From: Dehalococcoidia bacterium | GTDB taxonomy: Bacteria; Chloroflexota; Dehalococcoidia; SM23-28-2; RBG-16-64-32 | Length of the DNA: 64,000 bases | Reading direction: 5' to 3' | NCBI GenBank assembly: GCA_963665775.2 | Contig: CAXXTF010000002.1 | Span: 736,001-800,000 of the forward strand | Translations under genes and position numbers: made by a program | Part shown: positions 21,798 to 31,960 of the stretch, in pieces | Layout of the letters: each line of letters begins with the position of its first letter | Position numbering within the stretch: the stretch's first letter is position 1 | The notes under the pieces: model-generated | The model's database searches: none | What the model saw: only the letters and a program-made list of their open reading frames with translations | Told to the model about the DNA's origin: nothing

Positions 21798-23570
21798 CTA
21801 ATGATCCCTGCCATACACACGCTCGGCCGGCGGCCAGTTAGTGATAACCACATCCTGATACTCAATGCGTGGCGCACCCTCGGTCCGGTAGGCGAGCGAG
21901 TGCTTAAGGAAGCGCTCGTCGTCCCGCTCCGGATGGTCGGTGCGCTGGTGTGAGCCGCGAGACTCGGTACGGGCCAGGGCCGAGTGGGCCAGCGCCTCCG
22001 CGATCTCGATCATGAATTCCAGCTCAAGCGCCGCGATCAACTCCGTATTGAAGCTGAGACTGTGGTCATCCAGATGCACGTTGCGGAACCGCTCCTTGAT
22101 CTCGGCGATCTGCTCGGCGCAGGCACGCAGCGGCGCCTCACTCCGGAAGACGCCGGCGCCCGACTCCATCGCACTCTGGAGATCCCTGCGCAGCGTGGCG
22201 ATCCGCTCCGTGCCGTCCTGCTTGCGTATGAAGTCACGGGCGATGCGCTCCTGCTCGTCGGCAGCGAGCCGCTCGAGGGCCGCGACATCGAGCTCGGGAT
22301 GCTCACGCGCCCACCGTGCGGCGTTCTGCCCGGCGCGCGCCCCGAAAACCAGTAGCTCCGTCAGGGAGTTGGAGCCCAGCCGGTTCGCCCCGTTGATACT
22401 GACACAGGCGCACTCACCGGCGGCGTAGAGGCCGGGCAGCGGGGTTGCCGCCTCAATGTCCGTGTGCACCCCGCCCATCATGTAGTGGACCACCGGGCGC
22501 ACCGGGATCGGTTCGTACACGGGGTCTATGCCACCATAGCTTTTGGCGAGCTCCCGCACGAACGGGATCCGCTTGTCGATCTTCTTTTCGCCAAGGTGAC
22601 GCACGTCTAGATGGACGTAGGTCCCGTACGGCCCATCAAAGACGTTTCCCTTCTCCTCCTCCCTTATGAACGCCTGGGAGAGCCGGTCACGCGGACCCAG
22701 CTCCATCGCCCGCTTCTGCGGGTGGCGCGGGTCACGCACGTCTAGCGGCTCACCGAGGTCATAGTGGCGCAGGTAGCGGTCACCGTCCTTGTTAACCAGG
22801 ATGCCACCCTCAGAGCGGGCCGCCTCGGTGATCAGGATGCCGGTGCCGGGAAGGCCGGTCGGGTGATACTGCACGAACTCCAGGTCTTTGAGCGGCACGC
22901 CAGCCAGGTAGGCCATGCCCATGCCGTCACCGGTCTTGATTGCAGCGTTAGTAGTGAACGGAAAGATGCGGCCAGCGCCGCCGGTGCAGAGGATCAACGC
23001 CTTGCCCAGGATCGGTCGCACCTGGCCGGTGCGCAGCTCGATCGCGACCACACCTTGGCAGCGGCCGTTCTCGACCAGCAGGCGGGTGGCGAACCACTCG
23101 TCGTAGCGGCTGACGTTGGCGTACTTGAGCGAGGTCTGGAACAGCGTGTGCAGCATGTGGAAGCCGGTCTTGTCGGCGGCGAACCAGGTACGCTCGATCG
23201 CCATCCCGCCGAACGGGCGCACCGCTACGCTGCCATCGGGCTCCCGGCTCCACGAGCAGCCCCAGTGCTCCAGCTGAATCATCTCGTTCGGCGCCTCCCG
23301 CACGAAGGTCTCGACCGCGTCCTGGTCGGCCAGCCAGTCGGCGCCGGAGACGGTGTCGCCAATGTGGTCCTCCAGGGAATCGTTCGATTTGATGACGGCG
23401 GCGGCCCCGCCCTCCGCGGAGACAGTGTGGCTCCGCATCGGGTAAACCTTGGAGACGATCGCGATGTCGAGGTCGGGGTAGGTCTCGGCGGCAGCGATAG
23501 CGGCGCGCAGGCCGGCACCGCCTCCGCCTACGATCACAATGTCATGCTGGGGCAAACGAGCCTCCTTCAA
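21798..23570 (-). CDS. frdA: Fumarate reductase/succinate dehydrogenase flavoprotein
   Basis: [16 protein letters not shown] (covalent-FAD His), [22 protein letters not shown]. Confidence 0.92.
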   Translation of the reverse strand: MKEARLPQHDIVIVGGGGAGLRAAIAAAETYPDLDIAIVSKVYPMRSHTVSAEGGAAAVIKSNDSLEDHIGDTVSGADWLADQDAVETFVREAPNEMIQLEHWGCSWSREPDGSVAVRPFGGMAIERTWFAADKTGFHMLHTLFQTSLKYANVSRYDEWFATRLLVENGRCQGVVAIELRTGQVRPILGKALILCTGGAGRIFPFTTNAAIKTGDGMGMAYLAGVPLKDLEFVQYHPTGLPGTGILITEAARSEGGILVNKDGDRYLRHYDLGEPLDVRDPRHPQKRAMELGPRDRLSQAFIREEEKGNVFDGPYGTYVHLDVRHLGEKKIDKRIPFVRELAKSYGGIDPVYEPIPVRPVVHYMMGGVHTDIEAATPLPGLYAAGECACVSINGANRLGSNSLTELLVFGARAGQNAARWAREHPELDVAALERLAADEQERIARDFIRKQDGTERIATLRRDLQSAMESGAGVFRSEAPLRACAEQIAEIKERFRNVHLDDHSLSFNTELIAALELEFMIEIAEALAHSALARTESRGSHQRTDHPERDDERFLKHSLAYRTEGAPRIEYQDVVITNWPPAERVYGRDH

Positions 23571-23600
23571 CCGAAGCTCATTCTATCAAGCATGCTACGT

Positions 23601-24170
23601 CTATTCAATCGTGAATCCGCGCCCTTTCGCCGCCGCCCACGTCAATCCTATGATGCTCTTAGCGTCCTCAATCTGCCCCGACTCCACCAGGGCTAGCGCC
23701 TCCCCCACCGTCAGCCGCTCCACGACGATCTGCTCATCGGGATCGGCCTCGGCGGCGCTCGCCGAAAGCCCGCTGGCCAGGAACAGGTGCACGTACTCCG
23801 TGCAGTAACCCGGCGAGACGTAGAACCCGCCCAGCCGCTGCAGCCTGTCGGCGCGCTGGCCCGTCTCCTCTCGAAGCTCCCGCTGGGCCGCATCCTCCGC
23901 CCCCTCCCCAGCCTCGATGCCGCCGGCGGGCACCTCCAGCAGGGACCGGCCGGCAGCCAGGCGATACTGGCGCACCAGCAGCACTTGCCCCGCCGCATCC
24001 ACCGGAACGATGGCCACCACCTCCTCATGCTCCACCACCTCCCGTACCGCACGGCGGCCGTTGGCCAACTCCACGATGTCCTCCCGCAGGTTCAAGATGC
24101 GCCCCTCGTGAAGGCGGACGCTGGCGACCACGCGTTCAGGCGGCGGGTCTTGAGGGGGCCGGGAGCTCAC
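23601..24170 (-). CDS. NUDIX hydrolase (ADP-ribose pyrophosphatase-like)
   Basis: Nudix box GGIEAGE..EDAAQRELREETG, SPG, IEDAKS. Confidence 0.9.
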   Translation of the reverse strand: MSSRPPQDPPPERVVASVRLHEGRILNLREDIVELANGRRAVREVVEHEEVVAIVPVDAAGQVLLVRQYRLAAGRSLLEVPAGGIEAGEGAEDAAQRELREETGQRADRLQRLGGFYVSPGYCTEYVHLFLASGLSASAAEADPDEQIVVERLTVGEALALVESGQIEDAKSIIGLTWAAAKGRGFTIE

Positions 24171-25045
24171 TGGGGCGCGGCGCCCTTCATCTCGAACAGC
24201 TCCGGATGGTTGGTGGCGTTGAGGGCACGCAGCCAGTCCATCTGCTGGCCGAGCGTGGCGTAGTACTCCTCGCGCCCGGCGAAGCGGACGAAGCGGGCCA
24301 CGTGAGGGCTACGACAAACGGAGACGCGGTCGCCCCTGGCCAGAGGGCGATCCACCTCGCCATCGATGCTCACCACAGCCTCGGACTCCCCGTCTACCAC
24401 AAGACCAACCTCGGCCTGGGGCGGCAGCACCAGCGCCCGTGCAGAGGCCAGATGGGGGGCTACCGGCGTAATCACCATCTCCTGCGACTCCGGGTGGAGG
24501 ATAGGCCCCCCGGCGGACAGCGAGTAAGCCGTGCTGCCCGTGGCCGAGGCCACGATAACGGCGTCGCAGCGGTAGAGCGCCAAACGGGAGCCATCGACAA
24601 AGATGTCCATATATACGGGCCGCCCAGCGGAGCTGCGCCCCGCGACCACATCGTTCAGGGCGTGAAAGGTCAGGCCCCAGGCCGGCACCTGCGCCTGGAC
24701 CATCGTTCGCTCTTCGATGCGGCACCGGCCCTCCAGGACGTCCGGGAGCCGTTCCAGCAGCTCCTGGGGCCGCAGCTCGGCCAGAAAGCCCAGCCGCCCC
24801 ATGTTCACACCGAGGACGGGCACAGAGTGCGGGATGATCGTGCGGGCAGCCCAGAGCATCACCCCATCTCCGCCCAGGCAGATGAGCAGGTCCGTACCGG
24901 GGATCTGCTCCGGCGCCGCCTCGTCGTCCCAGGCGGCGGTCTGCCAGACCTCCTCAACCTTGCCGGTCAAGAAGGCCTCCACACCGTCCGCCAGGTCGCG
25001 GGCGGCGGTCCAGCGCGGGTGAACCAGGATGCCAACCTTCCTCAC
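24167..25045 (-). CDS. nadK: NAD kinase
   Basis: GGDG, GRLGFL, ND, TGSTAYSLSAGG; GTG at 25045 overlaps the tlyA stop. Confidence 0.93.
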   Translation of the reverse strand: MRKVGILVHPRWTAARDLADGVEAFLTGKVEEVWQTAAWDDEAAPEQIPGTDLLICLGGDGVMLWAARTIIPHSVPVLGVNMGRLGFLAELRPQELLERLPDVLEGRCRIEERTMVQAQVPAWGLTFHALNDVVAGRSSAGRPVYMDIFVDGSRLALYRCDAVIVASATGSTAYSLSAGGPILHPESQEMVITPVAPHLASARALVLPPQAEVGLVVDGESEAVVSIDGEVDRPLARGDRVSVCRSPHVARFVRFAGREEYYATLGQQMDWLRALNATNHPELFEMKGAAPQ

Positions 25046-25797
25046 GAGGACGCCGCCCCTTCGGCTTCGCTCGCGACAGGCATCAGCCGAAAGAAGAACT
25101 CGCGGTTGCCGGCTGCCCCCAGAATGGGCGAGGACGTGAGCCCTCGGATGCGAAACCCATCCCCCGCACACCAGCCTACGAAGCGCCCGATAAGGGTAGC
25201 GTGCAGGAGTGGCTCCCGCACTATCCCTCCCCTGGACACTTCCCCCTTCTTGGCTTCAAACTGAGGCTTGAACAGGGCCACGATAGAACCCCCCGGGCTG
25301 AGCAGGCGCCGCACCACCGGCAGCACCAGCCGCAGCGAGATGAAGGAGACATCCACCGTGGCGATCTCCACGGGCTCCGCCAGCCCCTCCAGATAGCGCA
25401 CGTTCACCCGCTCCATGACGACGACTCGCGGCTCCTGTCGCAGGCGGTAAGCCAGCTGGCCGTGGCCCACGTCGATCGCGTACACGCGAGAGGCTCCGTG
25501 CTGAAGCAGGCAGTCGGTGAAGCCCCCGGTCGAGGCGCCGATATCGGCGACGACGACTCCCCTCACATCCAACTCGAAGGCGCGCAGGGCGTGCTCCAGT
25601 TTATCGCCGCCGCGGCCCACGTAACGCTGCCGCTCGGCTACCTCCAGAGAGGCCCCCTCATCGACGAGGGTAGCCGGCCTGACGACCTTCTGCGCCTCCA
25701 CAAGCACCGAGCCGGCCATGACCAGGGCTTTCGCCCGCTCCCGACTGTCCGCCAGCCCTCGCTCCAGAAGCAGCACATCCAACCTCTGCTTGCCCAT
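25042..25797 (-). CDS. tlyA: TlyA family rRNA 2'-O-methyltransferase
   Basis: RLDVLL S4 domain, DIGASTGGFTD, DVSFISL, KPQFE, GNREF. Confidence 0.95.
   Translation of the reverse strand: MGKQRLDVLLLERGLADSRERAKALVMAGSVLVEAQKVVRPATLVDEGASLEVAERQRYVGRGGDKLEHALRAFELDVRGVVVADIGASTGGFTDCLLQHGASRVYAIDVGHGQLAYRLRQEPRVVVMERVNVRYLEGLAEPVEIATVDVSFISLRLVLPVVRRLLSPGGSIVALFKPQFEAKKGEVSRGGIVREPLLHATLIGRFVGWCAGDGFRIRGLTSSPILGAAGNREFFFRLMPVASEAEGAASS
25057..25080 (-). repeat. Mini-hairpin repeat copy in the tlyA 3' end
   Basis: Minus strand CCTGTCGCGAGCGAAGCCGAAGGG, encoding PVASEAEG. Confidence 0.7.
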
Positions 25798-25894
25798 AAG
25801 CGAATCTCAGCATAGAAGCCGCCCACGCCTCAAGTCAACCGCAAAAGCAGACTGTGCTTCCCTCGGAGACCGGCAGAGGCCTGTCCATAGAAGT

Positions 25895-26572
25895 CTACAA
25901 ACGGCTTACTGACCGTCTCCGCCACCACAAGGCAGCGATGACGCCCACCGCTGCGCCTGCGGTGACCAGCGGCCACCAAGAGAAACCGCCGCCCCCGTTG
26001 GGAGGGCCGCCCGTTGGGGGTAAAGACCCCGGGGACGGCAAAACGAAGCTGGCCGGCACCTCTACGCAGGCCTCATTGGAGGGGGCAGAGAGACCGTCGG
26101 CGTTCCCCGCGAACACCTGGTAGCAGTAGAGACCCTGCGCGGGAAAGCCACGGTCAATGGTTCCCGTGGTGTCCGGCGGTGTAATTATCGCTACGGGGGC
26201 CGGGGATGGTGGTCCTTCGGGAGGAAATGTTTTCACGACACCGAAGCAAATCTCGTTGTCAGCGTTGTCCTGCCAGGTGAGTATGACCTCAAGCTCTTCG
26301 GCGTTCAGGCTGACCTCCAGGTCGGACGGCGAAGCGATCGTCGGAGTAGGGACATCGTCCGGAGGCCAAGGAACACCGCAGTTCTCAAGCAGTCCAGGCG
26401 GCGGCTCTGGCGGCAGCGGGTTCGGCGAAGGCGTTGCCGTGGACGCCGGTGGCGGGGTCGGCGCCGGTCCCTGACCATGTACGGCGGACGCCGCCGCGAG
26501 GGCCACCGCGGCAAGCGAGGCGACTGTCAGGATGGCGGCAAACCGCCGGTTCAACACGATTCTTGAGAACAC
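25895..26572 (-). CDS. Exported Pro-rich, FN3-like protein with LPXTG sorting signal
   Basis: Signal peptide, LTWQDNADNE...YCYQVFAGN..G.SAPSNE, then LPPTG + TM + RRR tail. Confidence 0.75.
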   Translation of the reverse strand: MFSRIVLNRRFAAILTVASLAAVALAAASAVHGQGPAPTPPPASTATPSPNPLPPEPPPGLLENCGVPWPPDDVPTPTIASPSDLEVSLNAEELEVILTWQDNADNEICFGVVKTFPPEGPPSPAPVAIITPPDTTGTIDRGFPAQGLYCYQVFAGNADGLSAPSNEACVEVPASFVLPSPGSLPPTGGPPNGGGGFSWWPLVTAGAAVGVIAALWWRRRSVSRL

Positions 26573-26602
26573 CCGGACCCCTTCAGTGCGCCGACGGTCG
26601 CC

Positions 26603-27904
26603 CTAAGCCGTCTCGCCCCTGGCCTCGCCCTCCCAGATCTCAACCGCCTGGCCGGTACGCGTAAGCAGCAGCGGCCGCCGTCGGCCTCGGATCGCCTCCG
26701 CGTCCACCACGCACTTCTTGATATCGCCCCGAGAAGGGATCTCGAACATCACGTCCAACAGGCAATCCTCAAGGACGGTACGCAGCCCGCGGGCGCCGGT
26801 CTTGTGCCCCAGCGCCTCCTCAGCGGCGGCATCTACAGCCTCATCCGTCAGCACCATCTCCACGCCGTCTATGGCGAAGAACTGCCGGAACTGTTTGACC
26901 AGCGCATTCTTCGGCTCGGTGAGGACGCGGATGAGCGCTTCCTTATCCAGCGACTGTAGCGACACCATGATGGGGATCCGGCCAACGAACTCAGGGATCA
27001 GGCCGTACTGAAGCAGATCGTCATGCATAACGTGGGCCAGGAGATCATCGGCGGTCTTGGCCGGGTCCCACTCACGCCGGGCCGCCGACCGGAACCCCAG
27101 GCCACGGGTACCCTTGCCGATTCGCTTGCCGACGATAGCGTCCAGCCCCTGGAAGGCGCCGCCGCAGACGAAGAGGATGTTTGCGGTGTTGATCTGGATG
27201 AAGTCCTGATGCGGATGCTTGCGCCCCCCCTGAGGCGGCACGTTAGCGACACAACCCTCGACGATCTTGAGAAGCGCCTGTTGCACACCCTCGCCGGAGA
27301 CATCACGGGTGATAGAGGGGTTCTCCCCGCTCTTCCGGCCTATCTTGTCGATCTCATCGATATAGATGATGCCTCGTTCCGCCCTCGCCACATCGAAATC
27401 AGCGGCCTGGATCAGGCGCAAGAGGATGTTCTCCACGTCCTCTCCCACATACCCGGCCTCCGTAAGTGCCGTCGCATCCGCGATGGTGAACGGCACATCC
27501 AGAATATTGGCCAGGGTGCGCGCCAGCAGGGTCTTCCCTGAACCCGGCGGGCCCAGGAGCAGGATGTTGCTCTTCTCTAGCTCAACCTCCTTCTTCCCCT
27601 GGACACCGATGCGCTTGTAATGGTTGTAGACGGCCACGGAGAGCACCTTCTTCGCCTGCTCCTGGCCCACCACATACTCGCTCAGCTGTTCGTAGATCGC
27701 CTTGGGCGGCGGCACCCGCTGGGGCCGCACCTTGGCCCGGCCGGCGGCTGAAGCGTCCTTCTGGACGATCTCGCGACACAGCTCCACACACTCGTCGCAG
27801 ATATAGACGGAGCCCGGCCCGGCGATAAGCCTGCGGACCTGGTCCTGGCTCTTGCTGCAGAACGAGCAGCTATGGGCTACGCGGCTGCTGCCTTTGGCCG
27901 GCAT
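26603..27904 (-). CDS. clpX: Clp protease ATPase ClpX
   Basis: CSFC Zn finger, [29 protein letters not shown]. Confidence 0.97.
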   Translation of the reverse strand: MPAKGSSRVAHSCSFCSKSQDQVRRLIAGPGSVYICDECVELCREIVQKDASAAGRAKVRPQRVPPPKAIYEQLSEYVVGQEQAKKVLSVAVYNHYKRIGVQGKKEVELEKSNILLLGPPGSGKTLLARTLANILDVPFTIADATALTEAGYVGEDVENILLRLIQAADFDVARAERGIIYIDEIDKIGRKSGENPSITRDVSGEGVQQALLKIVEGCVANVPPQGGRKHPHQDFIQINTANILFVCGGAFQGLDAIVGKRIGKGTRGLGFRSAARREWDPAKTADDLLAHVMHDDLLQYGLIPEFVGRIPIMVSLQSLDKEALIRVLTEPKNALVKQFRQFFAIDGVEMVLTDEAVDAAAEEALGHKTGARGLRTVLEDCLLDVMFEIPSRGDIKKCVVDAEAIRGRRRPLLLTRTGQAVEIWEGEARGETA

Positions 27905-27908
27905 AGGC

Positions 27909-28541
27909 TCACTCCTTGGCCTTGTCCCCAGACCCCGCTGCCGCCGCCACCCTCGATCCCTGCAGAATCTCGTCGATTATGCCGTACTCCTTGGCGCCCG
28001 CGGCATCCAAGAAGAAGTCTCGGTCCGTGTCACGGGCTATGCGCTCCACCTCCTGGCCCGTGTGCTCAGCCAGGATACGCCGGATAACCTCGTTCCGCCG
28101 GATCACCTCCCGCGCATGGATCTCGATGTCTGACGCCTGACCGGTAGCCCCACCGCGAGCCTGGTGCATGTGAATCGTGGAGTTGGGCAGGGCATAGCGC
28201 TTCCCCTTGCTCCCCGCCGTGAGCAGCACCGTGGCCATACTGGCGCACTCGCCCACGCAGATCGTAGCTATGTCAGAGCGCAGCAACTGCATCGTATCGT
28301 AGATCGCCAGGCCGGCGCTTATCACTCCACCCGGCGAGTGGATGTACATGTTGATGTCCTTATCCGGCTCTTCCCGCTCCAGATAGAGGAGCTGGGCGAT
28401 GATCAGGTTGGCGATCTGGTCGTCTATAGGAGTCCCCAGAAAGATGATTCGCTCTTTGAGCAGCAGCGAGAAGATGTCGAACGACCGCTCCCCGCGCGGG
28501 CTCTGCTCAACCACGAACGGTACCATAAGCTCTGGCCTCAC
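27909..28541 (-). CDS. clpP: Clp protease proteolytic subunit
   Basis: [18 protein letters not shown] catalytic Ser, MHQ. Confidence 0.97.
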   Translation of the reverse strand: MRPELMVPFVVEQSPRGERSFDIFSLLLKERIIFLGTPIDDQIANLIIAQLLYLEREEPDKDINMYIHSPGGVISAGLAIYDTMQLLRSDIATICVGECASMATVLLTAGSKGKRYALPNSTIHMHQARGGATGQASDIEIHAREVIRRNEVIRRILAEHTGQEVERIARDTDRDFFLDAAGAKEYGIIDEILQGSRVAAAAGSGDKAKE

Positions 28542-29905
28542 GATTGCGCCTCCGTTCCTGCCTTCGTTGAACGCTTCTTTCGCTTTGTGGTGGCCGTTTT
28601 CCTAGCCCCTTTGGCCGTTTTGGCGGCCCTCTTCGTCACCCCTTGCCCAGCTATCTCGACCAGCCGGTCGAGCGTCTTGCGAGTCACGAGGGAGCTCCCT
28701 ATCGCCTCCCGCGCCTCGGGGCCCGAGAACATCTGACGCACCGGCTCCGCCTGCGGGCCCGAGGAGCTGACCAGCTTCTCGACCTCCGCGTCTATCTCAG
28801 CTGGCTCCACCTTGACCTCCTCCACCTCGGCCAGGCGGCTAAGCGCCAGGGAGTTACGAACCTGCTCCAGGGCCAGAGGCCGCAACTCCTCCTGCAGCTC
28901 CGCCGGAGAGCGGCCGACCATCTGGAGGTACCGCTCCACATCCTGGCCAACGGCCCGCGCCTGCCCCTGTACAAGCCTCTCCATCTCCCGCTCCACCAGC
29001 AGAGCCGGGAACTCTAACTTCTCGGCCTGCTCCGTCAAGGCAGCGAGAGCTTTCTGCCGATACGCATCTTCCGCCTCCGCCTCCAATCGCTCCCGCCGGT
29101 TGCTATTCAGCCGTTCGCGCAGAGCATCGAGAGTGGCGAAGCCCTCGCCGACCTCGCGCGCAAACTGGTCATCTAGCTCCGACAGGCGCTCCTCCTTCAC
29201 CTCCTTCACGATGACGGTGAAGGTGCCGCTCTCGCCCGAGAAGGGCTGTGAGCCCGATGGCGGCGTCACCGGCACCTCCTTGGAGACACCCTTCTCGGCT
29301 CCCACCAACCCCTCCGCGAAGCCGGGAAGGAGGATCACGGAGCCTTCTCTAAGGTGAAACTCGGCGTCCTCCACGGCGTAGACCTCGCGCCCATCTATGA
29401 CACCCCTCACGTCGGCTCGGACGATGTCACCCATCCGTACCGGCCGCTCCGCCGGCTCATGAATGGCGTAGCGATGGCGCAGATCCTCCAGATCGGCGTC
29501 TACCTCCTTCGGATCGACGGACACGGCCTCCCGCTCCACCCTCAGGCTGTTGTAGTCCCCCAACTCCACCGTGGGGCGCACCGGCACCGTAGCCTTGAAA
29601 GAGAGCGGCTCCTCCTGGACCAGCTCGATCGCCGGCTGGCCGATAGGGTCAATCTCGTGCTCGTCTATAGCAAGGTTGTAAGCCTCTGGAATGAGGCTAT
29701 CCAGCGCCTCCTGAACCAGCCGCCCGCGCCCAACGTGACGCTCCAGCATATTCCTGGGCGTCTTCCCCTTTCGGAAGCCGGGCACTACCACCCGTTGGAC
29801 CAGCTTGCGATAGGCCCTCTCCAGCGAGCGCTCCATCTGCTCCGCCTCGACCTCGATCTCCAGGACGACCTGGCTCTCGGGGAGGCGCTCTGTGGAAACC
29901 TTCAC
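28538..29905 (-). CDS. tig: Trigger factor (start GTG 29905 or ATG 29908)
   Basis: [10 protein letters not shown] ribosome-binding motif; tig-clpP-clpX synteny. Confidence 0.93.
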   Translation of the reverse strand: MKVSTERLPESQVVLEIEVEAEQMERSLERAYRKLVQRVVVPGFRKGKTPRNMLERHVGRGRLVQEALDSLIPEAYNLAIDEHEIDPIGQPAIELVQEEPLSFKATVPVRPTVELGDYNSLRVEREAVSVDPKEVDADLEDLRHRYAIHEPAERPVRMGDIVRADVRGVIDGREVYAVEDAEFHLREGSVILLPGFAEGLVGAEKGVSKEVPVTPPSGSQPFSGESGTFTVIVKEVKEERLSELDDQFAREVGEGFATLDALRERLNSNRRERLEAEAEDAYRQKALAALTEQAEKLEFPALLVEREMERLVQGQARAVGQDVERYLQMVGRSPAELQEELRPLALEQVRNSLALSRLAEVEEVKVEPAEIDAEVEKLVSSSGPQAEPVRQMFSGPEAREAIGSSLVTRKTLDRLVEIAGQGVTKRAAKTAKGARKTATTKRKKRSTKAGTEAQS

Positions 29906-29997
29906 CATCCAATTATAGCAGGGATGCCCGCCCAGACAGAAGGCGTCGCCTTCTCCCCTGTCAGAACCTCCCCGCGCGCTCCGGTAATCATGCCGGA

Positions 29998-30966
29998 TTA
30001 GCGCCGCCGCGGCGATAAGATATCGGTCAGCACGTCGCCCAGTAGGTTGAAGGAGAGCATGAGGGCGGCCAGCACCGTGGCCGGAATGAGCAGCAGGCTG
30101 GGATGAGCATTCAGATTCGAAAGGCCGGACCCCTCGAAGATCATGACACCGAAGCTGGGATGGGGCGGCTGTATGCCGATGCCCAGCCAGGTCAGAGCCA
30201 CCTCCGTGCCGGCTGCGGCGCCCAGGGAGAGGGTGAGGGCCACCACGATGATATTCGAGACGTTCGGCAGGAGATGCCGGAACAGGATGCGAGCGGTGGA
30301 GGCCCCAGCGGAGCGTGCCGCCAGCACGTAATCGGACTCCCGCAAGGAGAGCACCTGGGAGCGAACCACTCGCGCCATCCCTACCCAGCCGAATATGGAC
30401 AGGGCGCCGAATATGAGAAGGTAGCTGGGCGCACCGGAGCTGACCAGCCCGCCGATGCCTGTCCACTCCTCCACGTTCCTGACGAAATCCGTCACCTTCT
30501 CGCTCATCGTGGCTGTGATGATGAGCAGGAGAAGTATCGTGGGCACGGCATAGAAGGCGTCGGCCAGGCGCATGATGAGGTTGTCCAGACGGCCGCCGGC
30601 GTAGCCGGAAAGGAGGCCCATCGTGACCCCCAGCGCCAGACCGCCGGTGACTATAGCCGCCCCCGACACGATGACCGTCGTCTGAGCCGACCAGATGACA
30701 CGGGAAAGCATGTCCCGGCCCAGCCGGTCCGTGCCCAGCGGATGCTCCCAACTGGGTCCCGCGAATATATTCCCGAAGTCCGCCTCCCGGAAGGAGTAGG
30801 GAGCCACCCAAGGCGCCAGGATTCCCGCCAGGTAGAACACGACGATGACGACCAGGGCCACCACCGCCAGCCGGCGGCGGGCCAACCGGCGCAACAGTAC
30901 GAACGAGGGAGAAGGCCGCGCCTGAGGCTGCTCCCAGGCTGGCGTGGAAGCTTCAGCGTAGGCCAT
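29998..30966 (-). CDS. Peptide/nickel ABC permease (OppC/DppC-like)
   Basis: HPLGTDRLGRDMLSR, ARVVRSQVL, RHLLPN; ATG at 30966. Confidence 0.9.
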   Translation of the reverse strand: MAYAEASTPAWEQPQARPSPSFVLLRRLARRRLAVVALVVIVVFYLAGILAPWVAPYSFREADFGNIFAGPSWEHPLGTDRLGRDMLSRVIWSAQTTVIVSGAAIVTGGLALGVTMGLLSGYAGGRLDNLIMRLADAFYAVPTILLLLIITATMSEKVTDFVRNVEEWTGIGGLVSSGAPSYLLIFGALSIFGWVGMARVVRSQVLSLRESDYVLAARSAGASTARILFRHLLPNVSNIIVVALTLSLGAAAGTEVALTWLGIGIQPPHPSFGVMIFEGSGLSNLNAHPSLLLIPATVLAALMLSFNLLGDVLTDILSPRRR

Positions 30967-31943
30967 CAGCGCACCTCCCCGCCCAGACGGATGCGCGGGT
31001 CTATGAAGCCATAGGTGATATCCACCAGCAGGTTGGCCCCGATGAAGGCGCCGCCGCCGAGAAGGACGATAGCCATAATGCTGTCGTAGTCCCGGCTCTT
31101 GACGGACTCGAAGGCGTAGGAACCGATGCCGGGAATGCCCAGCAGGGTCTCCAGGAAGATGGAGCCGGCGATGAGGGCCGCCAGCTCGAAGCCCAGAATA
31201 GTAACGATGGGCAGAAGGGCGTTGCGCGCCACGTGCCGGCTCACCACCGTGAAACCCTGAAGCCCCTTGGCGCGGGCGGTGCGAACGTAGTCCTGATCCA
31301 GTACCTCTAAAGTCTGAGCCCGCATATAGCGGGCCAGCCCCGCCACGCCCGGCAACGTCAAGATCAGCACCGGCAGGATGATCCGCTTGGAAAGCAGGCC
31401 GATCTCCACGCCGTAGAACTCGCGCACCTCCCAACCGCCCGACGGCAGCCAGCCCAGCTGCACGGCCAGCAACCACTGCAGGATCGGGATGGTCACCAGG
31501 ACCGGCACCGAGGCGAACAGGAGAAAGACGCCGATGGCCATGGGGTCCAGCCATGTCCCCCGCCTCAGTGCCGCCACGATACCGATGGGGATAGCGATCA
31601 CAAACGTCAGTAAGATAACCACGGCGTTATACTGAACCGTTACCCAGACCCGGGGCAGGATAACGTCTTCCACGGGCACCCCGCGATAGATGATGCTATC
31701 TCCAAAATCCCCCTGGAGAAAGTTCAATACATAGCTACCGTACTGCTGGTAAACGGGATCGTTGAGGCCGCGCGCCTCGCGAATGCGCTCGATAGTCTCG
31801 TTGCTGGCCCGCGGACCGGCCTGGAGCTCAACGTAATCCGAGGGGGCGAAGCGACCCAGGGAGAAGGCCACGACAGACACGGCGAACAGGATCACCGGCG
31901 CCCACAGGAGCCTCTGCAGGACGTAAGGGGCTAGACCCTGCAC
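30966..31943 (-). CDS. Peptide/nickel ABC permease (OppB/DppB-like)
   Basis: QDYVRTARAKGL, RNALLP, RDY. Confidence 0.92.
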   Translation of the reverse strand: MQGLAPYVLQRLLWAPVILFAVSVVAFSLGRFAPSDYVELQAGPRASNETIERIREARGLNDPVYQQYGSYVLNFLQGDFGDSIIYRGVPVEDVILPRVWVTVQYNAVVILLTFVIAIPIGIVAALRRGTWLDPMAIGVFLLFASVPVLVTIPILQWLLAVQLGWLPSGGWEVREFYGVEIGLLSKRIILPVLILTLPGVAGLARYMRAQTLEVLDQDYVRTARAKGLQGFTVVSRHVARNALLPIVTILGFELAALIAGSIFLETLLGIPGIGSYAFESVKSRDYDSIMAIVLLGGGAFIGANLLVDITYGFIDPRIRLGGEVR

Positions 31944-31960
31944 TGACTCGTCCCTCCGGC

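Noticed and set aside
24167-25171. ORF-track start for nadK at 25171
   Set aside because: It would overlap tlyA by 130 bp; family similarity begins at GTG 25045.
28538-30811. 757-aa ORF suggesting a large N-terminal extension on trigger factor
   Set aside because: The extension overlaps oppC in another frame and looks non-coding; a -10 element sits right before the family start at 29905/29908.
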